This document shows positions 48,817 to 59,287 of a stretch of 64,000 bases of DNA, one piece after another. Made by a program: the position numbers and the translations under genes. The notes beneath the pieces were generated by a model. That model was not told where the DNA came from and made no database searches. It was given only the letters and a program-made list of their open reading frames with translations. This stretch comes from Spirochaetota bacterium (GTDB lineage Bacteria > Spirochaetota > UBA4802 > UBA5550). Position 1 is the first letter of the stretch, and each line of letters starts with the position of its first letter. The DNA is taken from assembly GCA_963663865.1 (NCBI GenBank), contig OY760686.1:1440001-1504000 (forward strand). The letters are read 5' to 3'.

Positions 48817-49298
48817 TCTTTGTCATGACTGGAACAGAGGCTTTTCCCTTTAACAGGTTTATTGTTGAAGTAGACTCTATGATTGAGGACAATGTTTTTG
48901 GTGAAGAAGTCTTCATGCAGATCGGTTCATGCACGGCAGAACCCCGTCACTGCAAGTGGGTAAAGTACATGCCGTTTAATGAGGTTTGTGAGAAAATAGT
49001 TAAGTCAACAGCTGTTATCACGCATGCCGGGGCCGGATCGACCCTGCTTTGCCTTGAGTTGGGAAAGAAGCCCCTTATTGTCACGAGGAGGAAGGAACAC
49101 GGTGAGCACCTCGACGACCACCAGGTGCCTTTCGCCCGGATGATGGAATCGCTTGACTATGCGGTTCCAGCGTATGATGTAAACGATCTCCGAAAATCAT
49201 ATTCGCAGATCAGGAATTCAGCCGACAGTGACTTTACGATTAAGCGGGACAACTCAGCGTTAACCGGGTTTCTTGAACGCTATTACGACTCAGTTTAA
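48813..49298 (+). CDS. PssE/Cps14G (Alg13-like) glycosyltransferase subunit
   Basis: Motifs MIFVMTGT..FPFNR, ITHAGAGS and EHLDDHQ; ATGA overlap with the upstream gene. Confidence 0.88.
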   Translation: MIFVMTGTEAFPFNRFIVEVDSMIEDNVFGEEVFMQIGSCTAEPRHCKWVKYMPFNEVCEKIVKSTAVITHAGAGSTLLCLELGKKPLIVTRRKEHGEHLDDHQVPFARMMESLDYAVPAYDVNDLRKSYSQIRNSADSDFTIKRDNSALTGFLERYYDSV

Positions 49299-49329
49299 TC
49301 CATCCTCCCGGGCTTTCCGAAGATATCTT

Positions 49330-50502
49330 TCAGAAGTACTTTGTTGAAGTTCCTTTGAGATAATCGTTTTCCAGGATTGAGCAGATGCTTCGGATGAGAT
49401 TTCTTCGGATATCCAGCTCAATCGGGAGATCGGGATCCTGATGGGCCTGGTTGACCCTTGTGCCGACGTAAAATTCAATGATGTCGTTGGAAAGGAGAAG
49501 CTCTTTGAGCATCTCAGCCCCGTTTCTCTTTGTGAGGGAGGAGCTTCGTCCAGCGAGAAGCTCTCTGCAGAAGCTCAGGGTTATGCAGCCTTCGGTCATC
49601 AGGGTTATCCCCGGCATGGTCGAAGTCGCCGGAATGACAGGGTCAATCGAACTCAAGTCAACCTCGGCGCAAAGACCGAGCTCTCTTTCAATGATGTTGC
49701 CTGTTGTGCCTCCGCAGACGGCGCAGGGGCCTTCCCATTTCCCCACGAGCGCTGAATACTCCGTGTCCCTGGCAGGATCTACCGGAGGCCCGGTGAGCAC
49801 TCTGAGCACCCTGGGATTGCGTATGTAAGTCACAATGCTGCTGATGTCGTCGCCCGCTTTGAGTGCATCGTTCGATATCGCCTTTTCGCAGATTGAACGG
49901 GCAAGCGATGTTGAGCTCGCTTCAGGATCGCGGCCGATGATGCCGGAAATAAAATCGGCGGTTCTGTCCATGCCGAAGCCCATCGGCCACTCCGGGCTGC
50001 CCATGCCTGAGCCAGTTATGCCGTCGGAGAGAAGAATGAGCCTGTCGCCCGGTCTGAGACGGAAACGTGTATGCAGGAGTTCGCGTCTGGCCCATCTTCC
50101 TTTGTCGATTCTTTCCGGCGGATGATACAGCCTTTCGCTTCCCCTGAAGATGAGAAATTGAGGGTTGCCGTGTTCAATGATGTCGGCTATTCTGCTTTCA
50201 CTGAGATGAAATATGGTAAAGGTCGAAAAGCTGATTTTTCTGACCGGGCATACAGGAAGCGCGTTCATCAGGAGCTCAGCCGAACGGATAGGGCTCAGCT
50301 CTGAAGATATATACTCAAGCCCCATTGATGCGGTAAAGCTTGCCAGCACATTTGCCTCTACGCCGCTTCCAAGGCCGTCGCAGAGTATCGACACATAGGA
50401 GGATGTGCCGGTTTTTTTCGTAAGGCAGATATCTCCGTTAACCGGATTTGAGTATTTCGACTGCTGGTATGAGTCTATTTCAACAAAAAAGTTTTCAGGC
50501 AT
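49330..50502 (-). CDS. SpoIIE/PP2C-family Ser/Thr phosphatase (HfsC-like)
   Basis: Motifs NGD, LCDGLGSGV.AN, LPVC..RKISFSTF, SDGIT, GDDIS, TGPP, CGGTT and TEG.ITL. Confidence 0.88.
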   Translation of the reverse strand: MPENFFVEIDSYQQSKYSNPVNGDICLTKKTGTSSYVSILCDGLGSGVEANVLASFTASMGLEYISSELSPIRSAELLMNALPVCPVRKISFSTFTIFHLSESRIADIIEHGNPQFLIFRGSERLYHPPERIDKGRWARRELLHTRFRLRPGDRLILLSDGITGSGMGSPEWPMGFGMDRTADFISGIIGRDPEASSTSLARSICEKAISNDALKAGDDISSIVTYIRNPRVLRVLTGPPVDPARDTEYSALVGKWEGPCAVCGGTTGNIIERELGLCAEVDLSSIDPVIPATSTMPGITLMTEGCITLSFCRELLAGRSSSLTKRNGAEMLKELLLSNDIIEFYVGTRVNQAHQDPDLPIELDIRRNLIRSICSILENDYLKGTSTKYF

Positions 50503-52219
50503 TTCCCGGTCCGTTTCCGTCTTCTTCGGCAGAAAAGCTTTCTATCAAGGAGTTTAATATCTTTTCAGACTGGGCCGCGTTTTTCCCCATGAGAAAGGCT
50601 ATCTGCTGCGCTGTCACCGATGTATTTCTAATGACTTCGCGCGCCTTGCCGATTATCTGTTCCCTCTTTGATTCGGAGAGTGTCGCATCCCTTATGATGG
50701 CACCCGCGATTCTTGACCTTTCAACCGTAAATACAGTGACTGCCATGACATTGTCTTTGTGCTTTACAAACTGCTGGGTTATGTCCTCGCCGGATTCAAG
50801 CACATTCTTAAACAGCCTGTAGAAGGGTACGACACGGCTGATATCGGCACCGATCAGCCCCGGAATAAGCCTGGAGAGCGAAGCCGCCTCTTCTCCGAGC
50901 ATTTCTGTGAAGTGATCGTTGCTGTCAATAATCTGGAGGCTGCTGTCGACGATTACCACTCCGTAGGGTATCGTCTTGATGAGCGCGTTAGCTTTCTTCT
51001 GTGCGAGCTGTCTCATGTACGAGCTGCACATACAGGGTTCCGCCTGGCCGGTTACGAGAGCTCTGGCGAAGTTTCTGCATGTGCCGTATCCGCAAGAGTC
51101 GCAGTTGAGTTCCTCTTCTTCGGAAAACTTGCCGATTGAACACAGCGCTTCTGTTGTAAGGCCGCCGCTTATTTCGCCCGGGGATATCAGCTCGGGCGAG
51201 TAAGTATGACTGATGTCGGATGAATAAAGCCCATCGGGCTCTCCCTTTTTTGATTCTGCGTAGTTGAGAACAGCGAGTCTTGAGCCGATTGAGGTCGAAG
51301 AAGAGCATCCGGGGCCGCCTATGCATCCGTTTTCGCAGGCGAGAAGTTCCAGAAAAAGCGCGCCCTCTCCGCCGTGTCCGCTCATCTCGTCGAAGGCTCT
51401 CTGAATGGTGCTGATGCCGGACAGCGTCATGTATCTGTAGCCGCAATCCTTACCGCTGAGGGTTGATATCATCCCCCCCTCAATAGGGTAAAGAGAGCCG
51501 TTTTCAGAGTTCCTGGGAATAAAAACATCGTTTTCATCGGTTACCTGCTGCCTGAGGTCAATGCACGAGCTGTTAAACCAGTGTTTCAGGTCATTGAATG
51601 TTATAGCTATATCGAGCAGGTCAGGAAACTGATCGGCCTCCTTCTTTTTTGCGACACAGGGTCCGGCGAACACAATGCCGATGTCGCTGCCGTATATTTT
51701 CTTGAGCATAACGCAGTGTGAAAGAAGTGGCGAATGCAGCTCTGAGAGATTCTGAGTGAATTCAGGGTAGTATTTCCGTACAAGCTCGACGGCGGAGGGG
51801 CAGGCTGTAGAAATTGTCATGGGTTTATTCTCAGCGGTGAGGTTTTGTCTGAGGGCTGCACTGACCTCTTCGGCTCCGAGGGCTGTTTCTGAAACACCGA
51901 AAAAACCGAGCACTTTTGCCGCGCTGACGATCTGTTCAGGTAAAATCCCTCTGAATTCTCCGGCAAAGGACGGCGCCAGGGAGAGAATAACCCTGCTTTT
52001 TCTTTTTAAAAGGTGTAGGACTCTTCGAAGATCATCTCTGATTTTCTTTGCTCCAACCGGGCAGACCTCTACGCATCTCCCGCAAAGAATGCACCTGTCG
52101 GGTACAACCTCTGCTTCGCCGTCAACCACGCGTATCGCTTTTACGGGGCATTCTCTGATGCATCGGTAACAGTCACGGCATCTTGTTTCCTCTGAGTATA
52201 TGGGGTTTTTCTGTTCCAT
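50495..52219 (-). CDS. PAS-containing sensory [FeFe]-hydrogenase-like protein (HfsB/HydS, group C)
   Basis: N-terminal 2x[4Fe-4S]; H-cluster-like motifs ISTACP, GPCVAKKKE and ELLACENGCIGG; FeS motif LNCDSCGYGTC; C-terminal PAS. Confidence 0.9.
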   Translation of the reverse strand: MEQKNPIYSEETRCRDCYRCIRECPVKAIRVVDGEAEVVPDRCILCGRCVEVCPVGAKKIRDDLRRVLHLLKRKSRVILSLAPSFAGEFRGILPEQIVSAAKVLGFFGVSETALGAEEVSAALRQNLTAENKPMTISTACPSAVELVRKYYPEFTQNLSELHSPLLSHCVMLKKIYGSDIGIVFAGPCVAKKKEADQFPDLLDIAITFNDLKHWFNSSCIDLRQQVTDENDVFIPRNSENGSLYPIEGGMISTLSGKDCGYRYMTLSGISTIQRAFDEMSGHGGEGALFLELLACENGCIGGPGCSSSTSIGSRLAVLNYAESKKGEPDGLYSSDISHTYSPELISPGEISGGLTTEALCSIGKFSEEEELNCDSCGYGTCRNFARALVTGQAEPCMCSSYMRQLAQKKANALIKTIPYGVVIVDSSLQIIDSNDHFTEMLGEEAASLSRLIPGLIGADISRVVPFYRLFKNVLESGEDITQQFVKHKDNVMAVTVFTVERSRIAGAIIRDATLSESKREQIIGKAREVIRNTSVTAQQIAFLMGKNAAQSEKILNSLIESFSAEEDGNGPGNA

Positions 52220-52225
52220 TTTACC

Positions 52226-52474
52226 TTACAGCACATGCTTGAGAATGTCGATGAGGCTTCCCTGGTCAACGTTTGAGTATAGCTTTTCGTTTATCCAGAT
52301 GTTGGGGCCGTCCATGCAAAGGTCTCCGCAGCGGCAGCCTTTGATGTTTACGCTAATCCCTGAATCTCTGCTCTCAAGATATCCGGTTATTATCTCATAG
52401 TTTTTACCGTTTCCGCGGGAGAAGCATGAGCTTCCCATGCATATCGTTATAGTTACCTGGCTGTCATTTTCCAT
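52226..52474 (-). CDS. Thioredoxin-like [2Fe-2S] ferredoxin (HfsA-like)
   Basis: Motif ICMGSSCFSRGN...GCRCGDLCMDGP. Confidence 0.88.
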   Translation of the reverse strand: MENDSQVTITICMGSSCFSRGNGKNYEIITGYLESRDSGISVNIKGCRCGDLCMDGPNIWINEKLYSNVDQGSLIDILKHVL

Positions 52475-52765
52475 TTGAGCCCGCTTTCATGATATTTATA
52501 ATTGCCTCCGGAATGAGTCTCCCTGCGGAAGAGGCAGCATATTCGTGTTATGATTACAGAAGAAACCGGGCGCTGTTTATGTCAAGAAGTCTGGCTTTTT
52601 TTATGCGGCGTTTTTGCCGATAATGAAGGAGTAAGAGAAGGATGAGCTGAAAAAATTGGCAAGCCGGGTTGTCAATACGTTAAATTTGTTGCCAATATAA
52701 AAGCATCTGCAATATTACATATCAGATCAGCGGCTGATTGCCGCGAGATCCCCGCAGGAGAAAAC

Positions 52766-53581
52766 ATGGCTATAGGTAAGGCTGAGAAGGCTGCGTACAA
52801 CGACGAAATCAAGGATATTAAACGAGAGGTTGATGATATCCAGAGAGGCGTAAATGAGCTTTCTGCTTTAAAAAAGCAGAGGCCGAATCTGGCTTACTAT
52901 TACAATCTGGAGATATGTATCTCCTCAATGAAGATAATGGACCTTAATCTCAAAATGAGCGATCTTTCAATAGACATGCTGGGAATCAAGAACGAGAACT
53001 TCCTCAACAACTCCAGAAAGGAGTTCTATAAGGTTCTCACCATGCTTGAAGAGATAGTAGGCGACGATGTTGACCGTTCTCTGCGGGAGAATGACGCCTA
53101 CATAGCAAGAATTGACAGGATGAACCCGAAGCAGATTCTGGAGTTTGTCGACAAGGTTCACTCGGTATTTCTTAATCTAAGAAACAAGGTGGGCGAGGGA
53201 TCAAAGTGGAAGTGGGCTTTCGTTGAACTCCAGGCAAGGGTCGCTGTCGTAACCAAGAACCTGACAAATTTTTCGGATGTAGCTAAATACAGAGATCCGA
53301 GGGTTGAGTTTTACAGAGAGCGTATTGACCTTATGGAGTTGTGTAAGCAGTCCCTCGAAGAAGCCGCGAAGCAATACCGGACGAAGTACGAGCTGTCAGG
53401 AAAGGCGAGAGATGACCTGAAAAAATCTATTGAACTTCTTTCCGCTTTAAGAAAAATTCATGTCCTTTTCAGCGAGGACGAGGATGCAGGCAGACTCAAA
53501 ACCACCATAGATGCCGCCAGGCAGGTCCTTGAAGCAGAGGATTTGGAAAGGGAAAACAAAAAAAAGACCAAAAGCAGGTAG
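52766..53581 (+). CDS. Conserved hypothetical alpha-helical protein
   Basis: 271-aa ORF with an AGGAG RBS, rich in charged residues, upstream of hrcA. No motif recognised. Confidence 0.8.
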   Translation: MAIGKAEKAAYNDEIKDIKREVDDIQRGVNELSALKKQRPNLAYYYNLEICISSMKIMDLNLKMSDLSIDMLGIKNENFLNNSRKEFYKVLTMLEEIVGDDVDRSLRENDAYIARIDRMNPKQILEFVDKVHSVFLNLRNKVGEGSKWKWAFVELQARVAVVTKNLTNFSDVAKYRDPRVEFYRERIDLMELCKQSLEEAAKQYRTKYELSGKARDDLKKSIELLSALRKIHVLFSEDEDAGRLKTTIDAARQVLEAEDLERENKKKTKSR

Positions 53582-53607
53582 CTCTTTAAAAAAAAGGGCT
53601 TTTAGGC

Positions 53608-53636
53608 TTGACCGCGAGAAAAATGATTGTTATATT
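53608..53636 (+). promoter_or_regulatory. sigma70 promoter of the hrcA-grpE-dnaK-dnaJ operon
   Basis: TTGACC-N17-TATATT with a TG extension, immediately upstream of CIRCE. Confidence 0.8.
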
Positions 53637-53637
53637 A

Positions 53638-53664
53638 TTAGCACTCGATCTTAATGAGTGCTAA
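53638..53664 (+). promoter_or_regulatory. CIRCE element (HrcA operator)
   Basis: Perfect TTAGCACTC-N9-GAGTGCTAA. Confidence 0.98.
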
Positions 53665-53679
53665 TAATGGGTTGGTTTT

Positions 53680-54735
53680 ATGATCGCAGGAAATGGAATA
53701 GAAAGAAAGCTTGATGAGCGTGAGGCCGCTATCCTTAAGGCTCTGGTGTATGAGTATATAATAACCGGCAAGCCGGTTGGCTCAAGGTCGTTCGTTCAAA
53801 AGTATTCATTTTCAATATCTCCAGCAACAATGCGAAACGTAATGTCCGATTTGGAAGCCCTCGGATACCTTAAACAGCCGCATACCTCGGCAGGGCGCAT
53901 CCCAACTGACAGGGGTTACAGGTATTACGTTGATTCCATTATGGACAAGTACAGTTTAGGTGTGGATTCAGAGGTGAAGGTCAAAGATCAGATAGCCGCT
54001 CGTGAGGTGCAACTTGACAAGATATTCGAGTCGGTAACCCGAAGGCTGTCTGAGGCCTCGAAATATGCAGGCGTAATGTTGACTCCCCGTCCGGATTTCG
54101 CGGTCGTAAAGAGGATTGAGCTTATCCCGGTAGATAATGGCGAGCTTCTGATGATCTTGATAGCGAGAACCGGCGCCATCGTTACAAAAAAAATAACAGT
54201 TTCTGACAATATCACGCAGGACGCTTTGAGGGAGTTCTCAAGTTACCTGACTGCGGAGCTGTGCGGTTATTCCATCCATGAAATAAAGGTCAATGTTTTC
54301 AAGCAGCTCAGGGCTTCTGGACGCAGGGAGGCTGCATCAGGCGTGGCTGTTGATATCGCGGAGCTCGGACTTGGCGGTGAGGAGGAGTCGTCGTTGAGGA
54401 TTGACGGAATAGAGAACCTGCTGAGGATACCCGAGATGTCCGAGCAGGATACTCTGGTAAGTTTTCTGAATATAATTGAAGAGAAAAATATCCTCAGAGA
54501 AATATTTGAGGATACCATGAAAAATGAAACCCTGAGGACCCTGATTGGAGAAGAGATTGAGGATCCCAGAGTTACAGGCTGCAGCGTTGTTGCAACACCG
54601 TACAAGATAGGAAATGCAAATGTAGGAGTAGTAGGGGTGCTGGGGCCCACCAGAATGGATTATGAAAAGGTGGTCCCAATGGTTGACTATACCGGGCGCA
54701 TAATGTCGGATCTTTTGACCAAGATGTCCAGGTAG
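53680..54735 (+). CDS. hrcA: Heat-inducible transcription repressor
   Basis: Motifs PVGS, SPATMRNVMSDLE, QPHTSAGRIPT..GYRYYVD and LGPTRMDY. Confidence 0.97.
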   Translation: MIAGNGIERKLDEREAAILKALVYEYIITGKPVGSRSFVQKYSFSISPATMRNVMSDLEALGYLKQPHTSAGRIPTDRGYRYYVDSIMDKYSLGVDSEVKVKDQIAAREVQLDKIFESVTRRLSEASKYAGVMLTPRPDFAVVKRIELIPVDNGELLMILIARTGAIVTKKITVSDNITQDALREFSSYLTAELCGYSIHEIKVNVFKQLRASGRREAASGVAVDIAELGLGGEEESSLRIDGIENLLRIPEMSEQDTLVSFLNIIEEKNILREIFEDTMKNETLRTLIGEEIEDPRVTGCSVVATPYKIGNANVGVVGVLGPTRMDYEKVVPMVDYTGRIMSDLLTKMSR

Positions 54736-54774
54736 AAGGCGCCTGTTTTAAAATATTAAACGGAGATAGTATTG

Positions 54775-55494
54775 ATGGGTAAAAGCAAAAAAATACACGA
54801 AGATGAGTCCATGGAAGATGTAAGCGTCGAAACTGCTGAAGATTCCGGAGACAACAGATCCGGATCTGACAGAAGAAAGGCGGACAGGCGGCAGGCGGCA
54901 GAAGAAGGGCCGGCTGTATCACAGGAGGAGTTGTCAGCACTTAAGGAAGAACTTGCGAAGGCCAGATCAGAGGTTGACTCGCTGAAGGATCTGCTACAAA
55001 GGAGACAGGCTGATTTTGAGAACTATAAGAAGAGAATGATGCGTCAGATGGAGGACTCAAGGAAGTTTACCTTGCGCGATATAGCCTCTGATGTAATTAC
55101 GGTAAATGACGACATTCTAAGGGCGCTTGATGCTTCAACCACCGTTTCCGCGGCAGGGCTTGATGAAGCGAATGCCTCCATTGTTGAAGGTATCAGAATG
55201 ATATCCGGCCGAATGGAACAGGTATTATCCAAATACGGTATTGAGGAGATAGAGGCGCTGAACACGGAATTTGACCCAAATTTCCACGAGGCTTATGAGA
55301 TTGAGATGAGCCCCGATGTAGAGGCGGACACTGTTGTCTTTGTTCACCAGAAGGGTTATAAACTCGACGACCTTGTTATCCGGTCGTCTAAAGTGAAGGT
55401 CGCAAAGCCGGGCAAAGGAACGGCAGTTGACGCGCCAGGAGATGGAGCTGCGGAAGAACAGCCCGAAGGCGGCGTTTCAGGTTCAGAGTCTTGA
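54775..55494 (+). CDS. grpE: Nucleotide exchange factor
   Basis: Motifs ADFENYKKR, FDPNFHEA and QKGYKL...VIR...VKVAK. Confidence 0.96.
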   Translation: MGKSKKIHEDESMEDVSVETAEDSGDNRSGSDRRKADRRQAAEEGPAVSQEELSALKEELAKARSEVDSLKDLLQRRQADFENYKKRMMRQMEDSRKFTLRDIASDVITVNDDILRALDASTTVSAAGLDEANASIVEGIRMISGRMEQVLSKYGIEEIEALNTEFDPNFHEAYEIEMSPDVEADTVVFVHQKGYKLDDLVIRSSKVKVAKPGKGTAVDAPGDGAAEEQPEGGVSGSES

Positions 55495-55579
55495 TGAGAC
55501 AAAATTGAAAAAGGGAAGCTCAGGCTAAGGCCTGTAATAAATGGATTAAATTTACAGTATAAATATAAGGAGCAAAACT

Positions 55580-57505
55580 ATGAGTAAAATTATCGGTATT
55601 GACCTCGGTACAACTAACTCTTGCGTAGCTGTTATGTCAGGCGGAGAGCCTGTGGTAATACAGAATTCCGAGGGACAAAGAACTACTCCATCAATCGTTG
55701 CTTTCAACGATAAAGGGGAGAGGCTGGTTGGACAGGTTGCAAAGAACCAGATTATCACAAACCCGGAAAACACAATCAGATCAATCAAAAGGTTTATGGG
55801 AATAAGCCATGCTGATATCAGCCATGAGATGAAAATGGTGCCTTACAGGGTAAACGAGGACGGCAGCGGAAATGTTATCGTAAAAACTGTTGCAGGAGAT
55901 TTTACACCTCAGGAGATATCTGCCAGAGTCCTGCAGAAAATGAAACAGACAGCTGAAGACTTCCTGGGGGAGACTGTCAGCAGAGCGGTCATAACAGTTC
56001 CCGCTTACTTTAACGATGCCCAGAGACAGGCTACAAAGGACGCAGGAAAAATAGCCGGCCTTGAGGTTGAGAGAATTATCAACGAGCCGACTGCGGCGGC
56101 GCTTGCTTACGGTCTCGACAAGAAGAAGGAAAATGAAAAGATTGCCGTCTACGACCTCGGGGGCGGTACTTTTGACATATCGATTCTTGAGCTTGGCGAT
56201 GGAGTTTTTGAGGTAAAATCGACGAACGGAAACACTCACCTCGGGGGAGATGACTTTGACCAGAGAGTAATGGAATGGCTCATATCCGAGTTTAAAAAGC
56301 AGACAGGAATTGATGTTTCGTCCGACAAGATGGCGCTTCAGAGGTTGAAAGAGGGCGCGGAAAAGGCCAAAATTGAGCTGTCTTCAAAAATGCAGGCTGA
56401 GATAAACATCCCGTTTCTTACAGCTGACCAGAACGGCCCGAAGCACCTGATTGTAACTTTAACACGGGCCAAGTTTGAACAGTTGATTGAAGATCTTGTC
56501 CAGTCAACAAAGACACCCTGTGTGCAGGCGCTTGAGGACGCTGGGCTTACAGCTGGAGAAATAGATGAGGTTATTCTTGTCGGAGGTTCAACAAGGATTC
56601 CAGCTGTTCAGGAGCTTGTAAAGCAGATATTCGGCAGAGATCCTCACAGGGGGGTTAATCCTGACGAGGTTGTCGCAATTGGAGCAGCGATTCAGGGAGG
56701 AGTATTGGCAGGTGATGTCCATGATGTTCTTCTTCTTGATGTTACTCCGCTCTCCCTTGGAATTGAGACTCTCGGTGGTGTAATGACAAGACTGATTGAG
56801 CGGAACACAACTATTCCAACACGCAAAAGCCAGGTGTTTTCGACAGCTGCCGACAATCAGCCTGCTGTTTCAATACATGTTCTTCAGGGAGAAAGGGAGC
56901 TTGCGTCTCAGAACAGGACACTCGGAAGGTTTGATCTGACTGATATTCCGCCTGCACCGAGGGGAGTGCCTCAGATTGAAGTAGCTTTCGATATCGACGC
57001 TAACGGTATAGTACATGTTTCCGCTAAAGACCTTGGAACAGGCAAAGAGCAGAAAATCAAGATTGAGTCTTCAAGCGGACTCAGTGAAGACGATATCAAC
57101 AAAATGGTTCGTGAAGCCGAGTCCCACGCAGAGGAGGACAAGAAGGCAAGAGAACTAATCGAGGCCAAAAATGAAGCTGACACTCTTATCTACTCCATTG
57201 AAAAGATGGTGAAGGAAAACGAGGCCAAGCTTGAGGCATCCGAAAAGTCAGCTATTGAGACAGAAATAGCCTCTCTCAGAAAAGCAGCAGAGGGTACTGA
57301 TCTGGCCGCGATTCGAGAGGCTAAAGGAAAGCTTGAGCAGGCTTCACATTCCTTTGCCCAGAAAATATACCAGGAAGCTTCCGCTAAACAGCAGGAAGGA
57401 GCACAATCTCAGCCTTCTTCTGAAAAAACGGAGCAGGCAGCATCTGAATCAGAAAAGGTTTATGACGCGGATTATGAAGTAGTTGACGATGAGGACAAAA
57501 AATAA
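55580..57505 (+). CDS. dnaK: Chaperone Hsp70
   Basis: Motifs [40 protein letters not shown] and GVPQIEV. Confidence 0.99.
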   Translation: MSKIIGIDLGTTNSCVAVMSGGEPVVIQNSEGQRTTPSIVAFNDKGERLVGQVAKNQIITNPENTIRSIKRFMGISHADISHEMKMVPYRVNEDGSGNVIVKTVAGDFTPQEISARVLQKMKQTAEDFLGETVSRAVITVPAYFNDAQRQATKDAGKIAGLEVERIINEPTAAALAYGLDKKKENEKIAVYDLGGGTFDISILELGDGVFEVKSTNGNTHLGGDDFDQRVMEWLISEFKKQTGIDVSSDKMALQRLKEGAEKAKIELSSKMQAEINIPFLTADQNGPKHLIVTLTRAKFEQLIEDLVQSTKTPCVQALEDAGLTAGEIDEVILVGGSTRIPAVQELVKQIFGRDPHRGVNPDEVVAIGAAIQGGVLAGDVHDVLLLDVTPLSLGIETLGGVMTRLIERNTTIPTRKSQVFSTAADNQPAVSIHVLQGERELASQNRTLGRFDLTDIPPAPRGVPQIEVAFDIDANGIVHVSAKDLGTGKEQKIKIESSSGLSEDDINKMVREAESHAEEDKKARELIEAKNEADTLIYSIEKMVKENEAKLEASEKSAIETEIASLRKAAEGTDLAAIREAKGKLEQASHSFAQKIYQEASAKQQEGAQSQPSSEKTEQAASESEKVYDADYEVVDDEDKK

Positions 57506-57522
57506 AAAAAGGTATTAACGGC

Positions 57523-57557
57523 TCCGGCAGCGGGTTATGTGAATATCAGCTGCCGGA
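57523..57557 (+). other. Intergenic stem-loop between dnaK and dnaJ
   Basis: TCCGGCAGC...GCTGCCGGA, a 9-bp perfect stem. Confidence 0.6.
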
Positions 57558-57597
57558 TTAAACCGAGTTTTGTTTTTTATATCACGAGAGGACCAAA

Positions 57598-58677
57598 TTG
57601 GGAAAAAGAGATTACTACGAAGTTCTGGGAGTGCCTAAAAACGTCAGTGAGCAGGACCTTAAGCAGGCTTATCGGAAGCTGGCTCTTAAATATCACCCTG
57701 ATAAAAACAAGGGCAACCCGGAGGCGGAAGAGAAGTTTAAGGAAGCCACTGAAGCGTATGAGGTACTCAGAGACCCCAAGAAAAGAGCTTCGTATGATAA
57801 ATTCGGCCATGAGGGACTGTCTGGGTTTGAAGGTTTCGGAAAAGGGTCCTATACAGACTTCTCTGATATTTTTGAGGACATCGGCGGTTTCGGAGATATC
57901 TTTGAAAACTTTTTCGGTTCTTCGTTCGGAGGAAGGCAGCGCACTCAGCGGGTACGCAGAGGTGCCGATATACAGTATGATCTGCAGATAACCCTTGAAG
58001 AGGCAGCGAGCGGCAAAGAGGTTCACATCGAAATTCCGCGTCACGAGGCCTGCGAGGTATGCGGAGGCAGCGGGTCCAAGGCCGGGACTAAGCCCAATGT
58101 GTGTCCAGTCTGTAACGGGACAGGGCAGGTCAGACAAACACAGGGCTTTTTCTCCATCACGCAGACTTGTCCGAGATGCCGCGGCGAGGGGCGCATAATA
58201 ACTTCGCCGTGTAAGAGCTGCAACGGATCAGGTCTGACACTCAAGAAGCGAGCCATAAGCGTAAAGGTTCCAGCGGGTGTTGAATCAGGTTCAAGGCTGA
58301 AAATCTCCGGAGAAGGAGAGCAGGGGCCCGGCGGGGGGCCGAGAGGAGATCTGTACGTTGTGATGCACGTAAAAAAACACGATGTTTTTGAGCGTCATGG
58401 CAATGATATACTAAGCGTTGTAAATATTTCATATTCTCTTGCCTGTTTGGGCGGAGAAATCGAGGTCCCAATTATCAGCGGAGGTAAGGCCAAAATGAAG
58501 ATTCCTGCCGGTACTGAATCGAACCAGGTATTCAGGCTTAAAGGCAACGGTATTCCGTATCTCGGCTCTTACGGCAGGGGAGATCAGCTAGTTAAGATCA
58601 ACATCACTGTTCCGAAGAAGCTTACCGGACGGCAAAAGGAATTGCTCAAAGAGCTTTCAGGGCTTGAAGCAGAGTAA
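57598..58677 (+). CDS. dnaJ: Chaperone Hsp40
   Basis: J-domain HPDKN, a G/F-rich region and four CxxCxGxG repeats; TTG start after GAGG. Confidence 0.98.
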   Translation: MGKRDYYEVLGVPKNVSEQDLKQAYRKLALKYHPDKNKGNPEAEEKFKEATEAYEVLRDPKKRASYDKFGHEGLSGFEGFGKGSYTDFSDIFEDIGGFGDIFENFFGSSFGGRQRTQRVRRGADIQYDLQITLEEAASGKEVHIEIPRHEACEVCGGSGSKAGTKPNVCPVCNGTGQVRQTQGFFSITQTCPRCRGEGRIITSPCKSCNGSGLTLKKRAISVKVPAGVESGSRLKISGEGEQGPGGGPRGDLYVVMHVKKHDVFERHGNDILSVVNISYSLACLGGEIEVPIISGGKAKMKIPAGTESNQVFRLKGNGIPYLGSYGRGDQLVKINITVPKKLTGRQKELLKELSGLEAE

Positions 58678-58706
58678 AACGCATTTTTTTGAGAGAATTT
58701 GCATAT

Positions 58707-58744
58707 AAACCCGCAGAATGGAACCGTTTTGCGGGTTTTTTGTT
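58707..58744 (+). terminator. Rho-independent terminator of the dnaK operon
   Basis: AAACCCGCAGAA...TTTTGCGGGTTT followed by a T-run. Confidence 0.8.
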
Positions 58745-58840
58745 CCAAACCAGCAAAGACTGACAGCTTTTTTGCTCTTGACTAAACTTTTAATGCCAAT
58801 CAGCCTGACTTTGAATTTGACACAAAAGAAGGAGATTAAC

Positions 58841-59134
58841 ATGGTTCCTGTGATTGATTATGGAAATTTAGCTGTAGTCGTATCAAAAGTTACAGCTGTG
58901 GGAATGATTATATGCGATGAAGGCGACTACGGGTTTGAAGTCTATCTTGATGGACTGCACGAGCCTCTGATAATAGGTTTCCAGAGCGAGCAGGATGCGT
59001 CACTTGCCCGTGCGGAGCTGATTGCGGCAGTAGCCGGGTTCCACCATGAGTCCGTATCCGGCCTCTCGTCTGACAATGAGCTGTTGTCTTCTGGTGAAAG
59101 CGGTTCGGACGATGGCGGTCAGAAGAACCACTGA
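58841..59134 (+). CDS. Small hypothetical protein (97 aa)
   Basis: Strong AAGGAG RBS before ATG 58841; the ORF-track extension runs through the dnaJ terminator. Confidence 0.7.
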   Translation: MVPVIDYGNLAVVVSKVTAVGMIICDEGDYGFEVYLDGLHEPLIIGFQSEQDASLARAELIAAVAGFHHESVSGLSSDNELLSSGESGSDDGGQKNH

Positions 59135-59287
59135 CACAGGTTGCCGCTTTTTTGAATTGATGTCATTATAAATAGAGACATTTCCTCATCATGATTAAGG
59201 TGAACTGCCCTCTGTTTGTGAACGTTTTGGTATCCCGCCCCCTGAGTTCCCTCAGAGCGGAAATAAATAGTGCAGCAGGTATATAGA

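Noticed and set aside
58718-58840. ORF-track N-terminal extensions (also 14879-14953, 47283-47399, 48759-48812)
   Set aside because: Better RBS-associated or translationally coupled starts lie downstream, and the extensions run through terminators, other genes or intergenic DNA.
59135-59287. T-box riboswitch upstream of tyrS
   Set aside because: There is no T-box consensus (GGTGGNACCGCG) and no terminator hairpin, and the leader is short.
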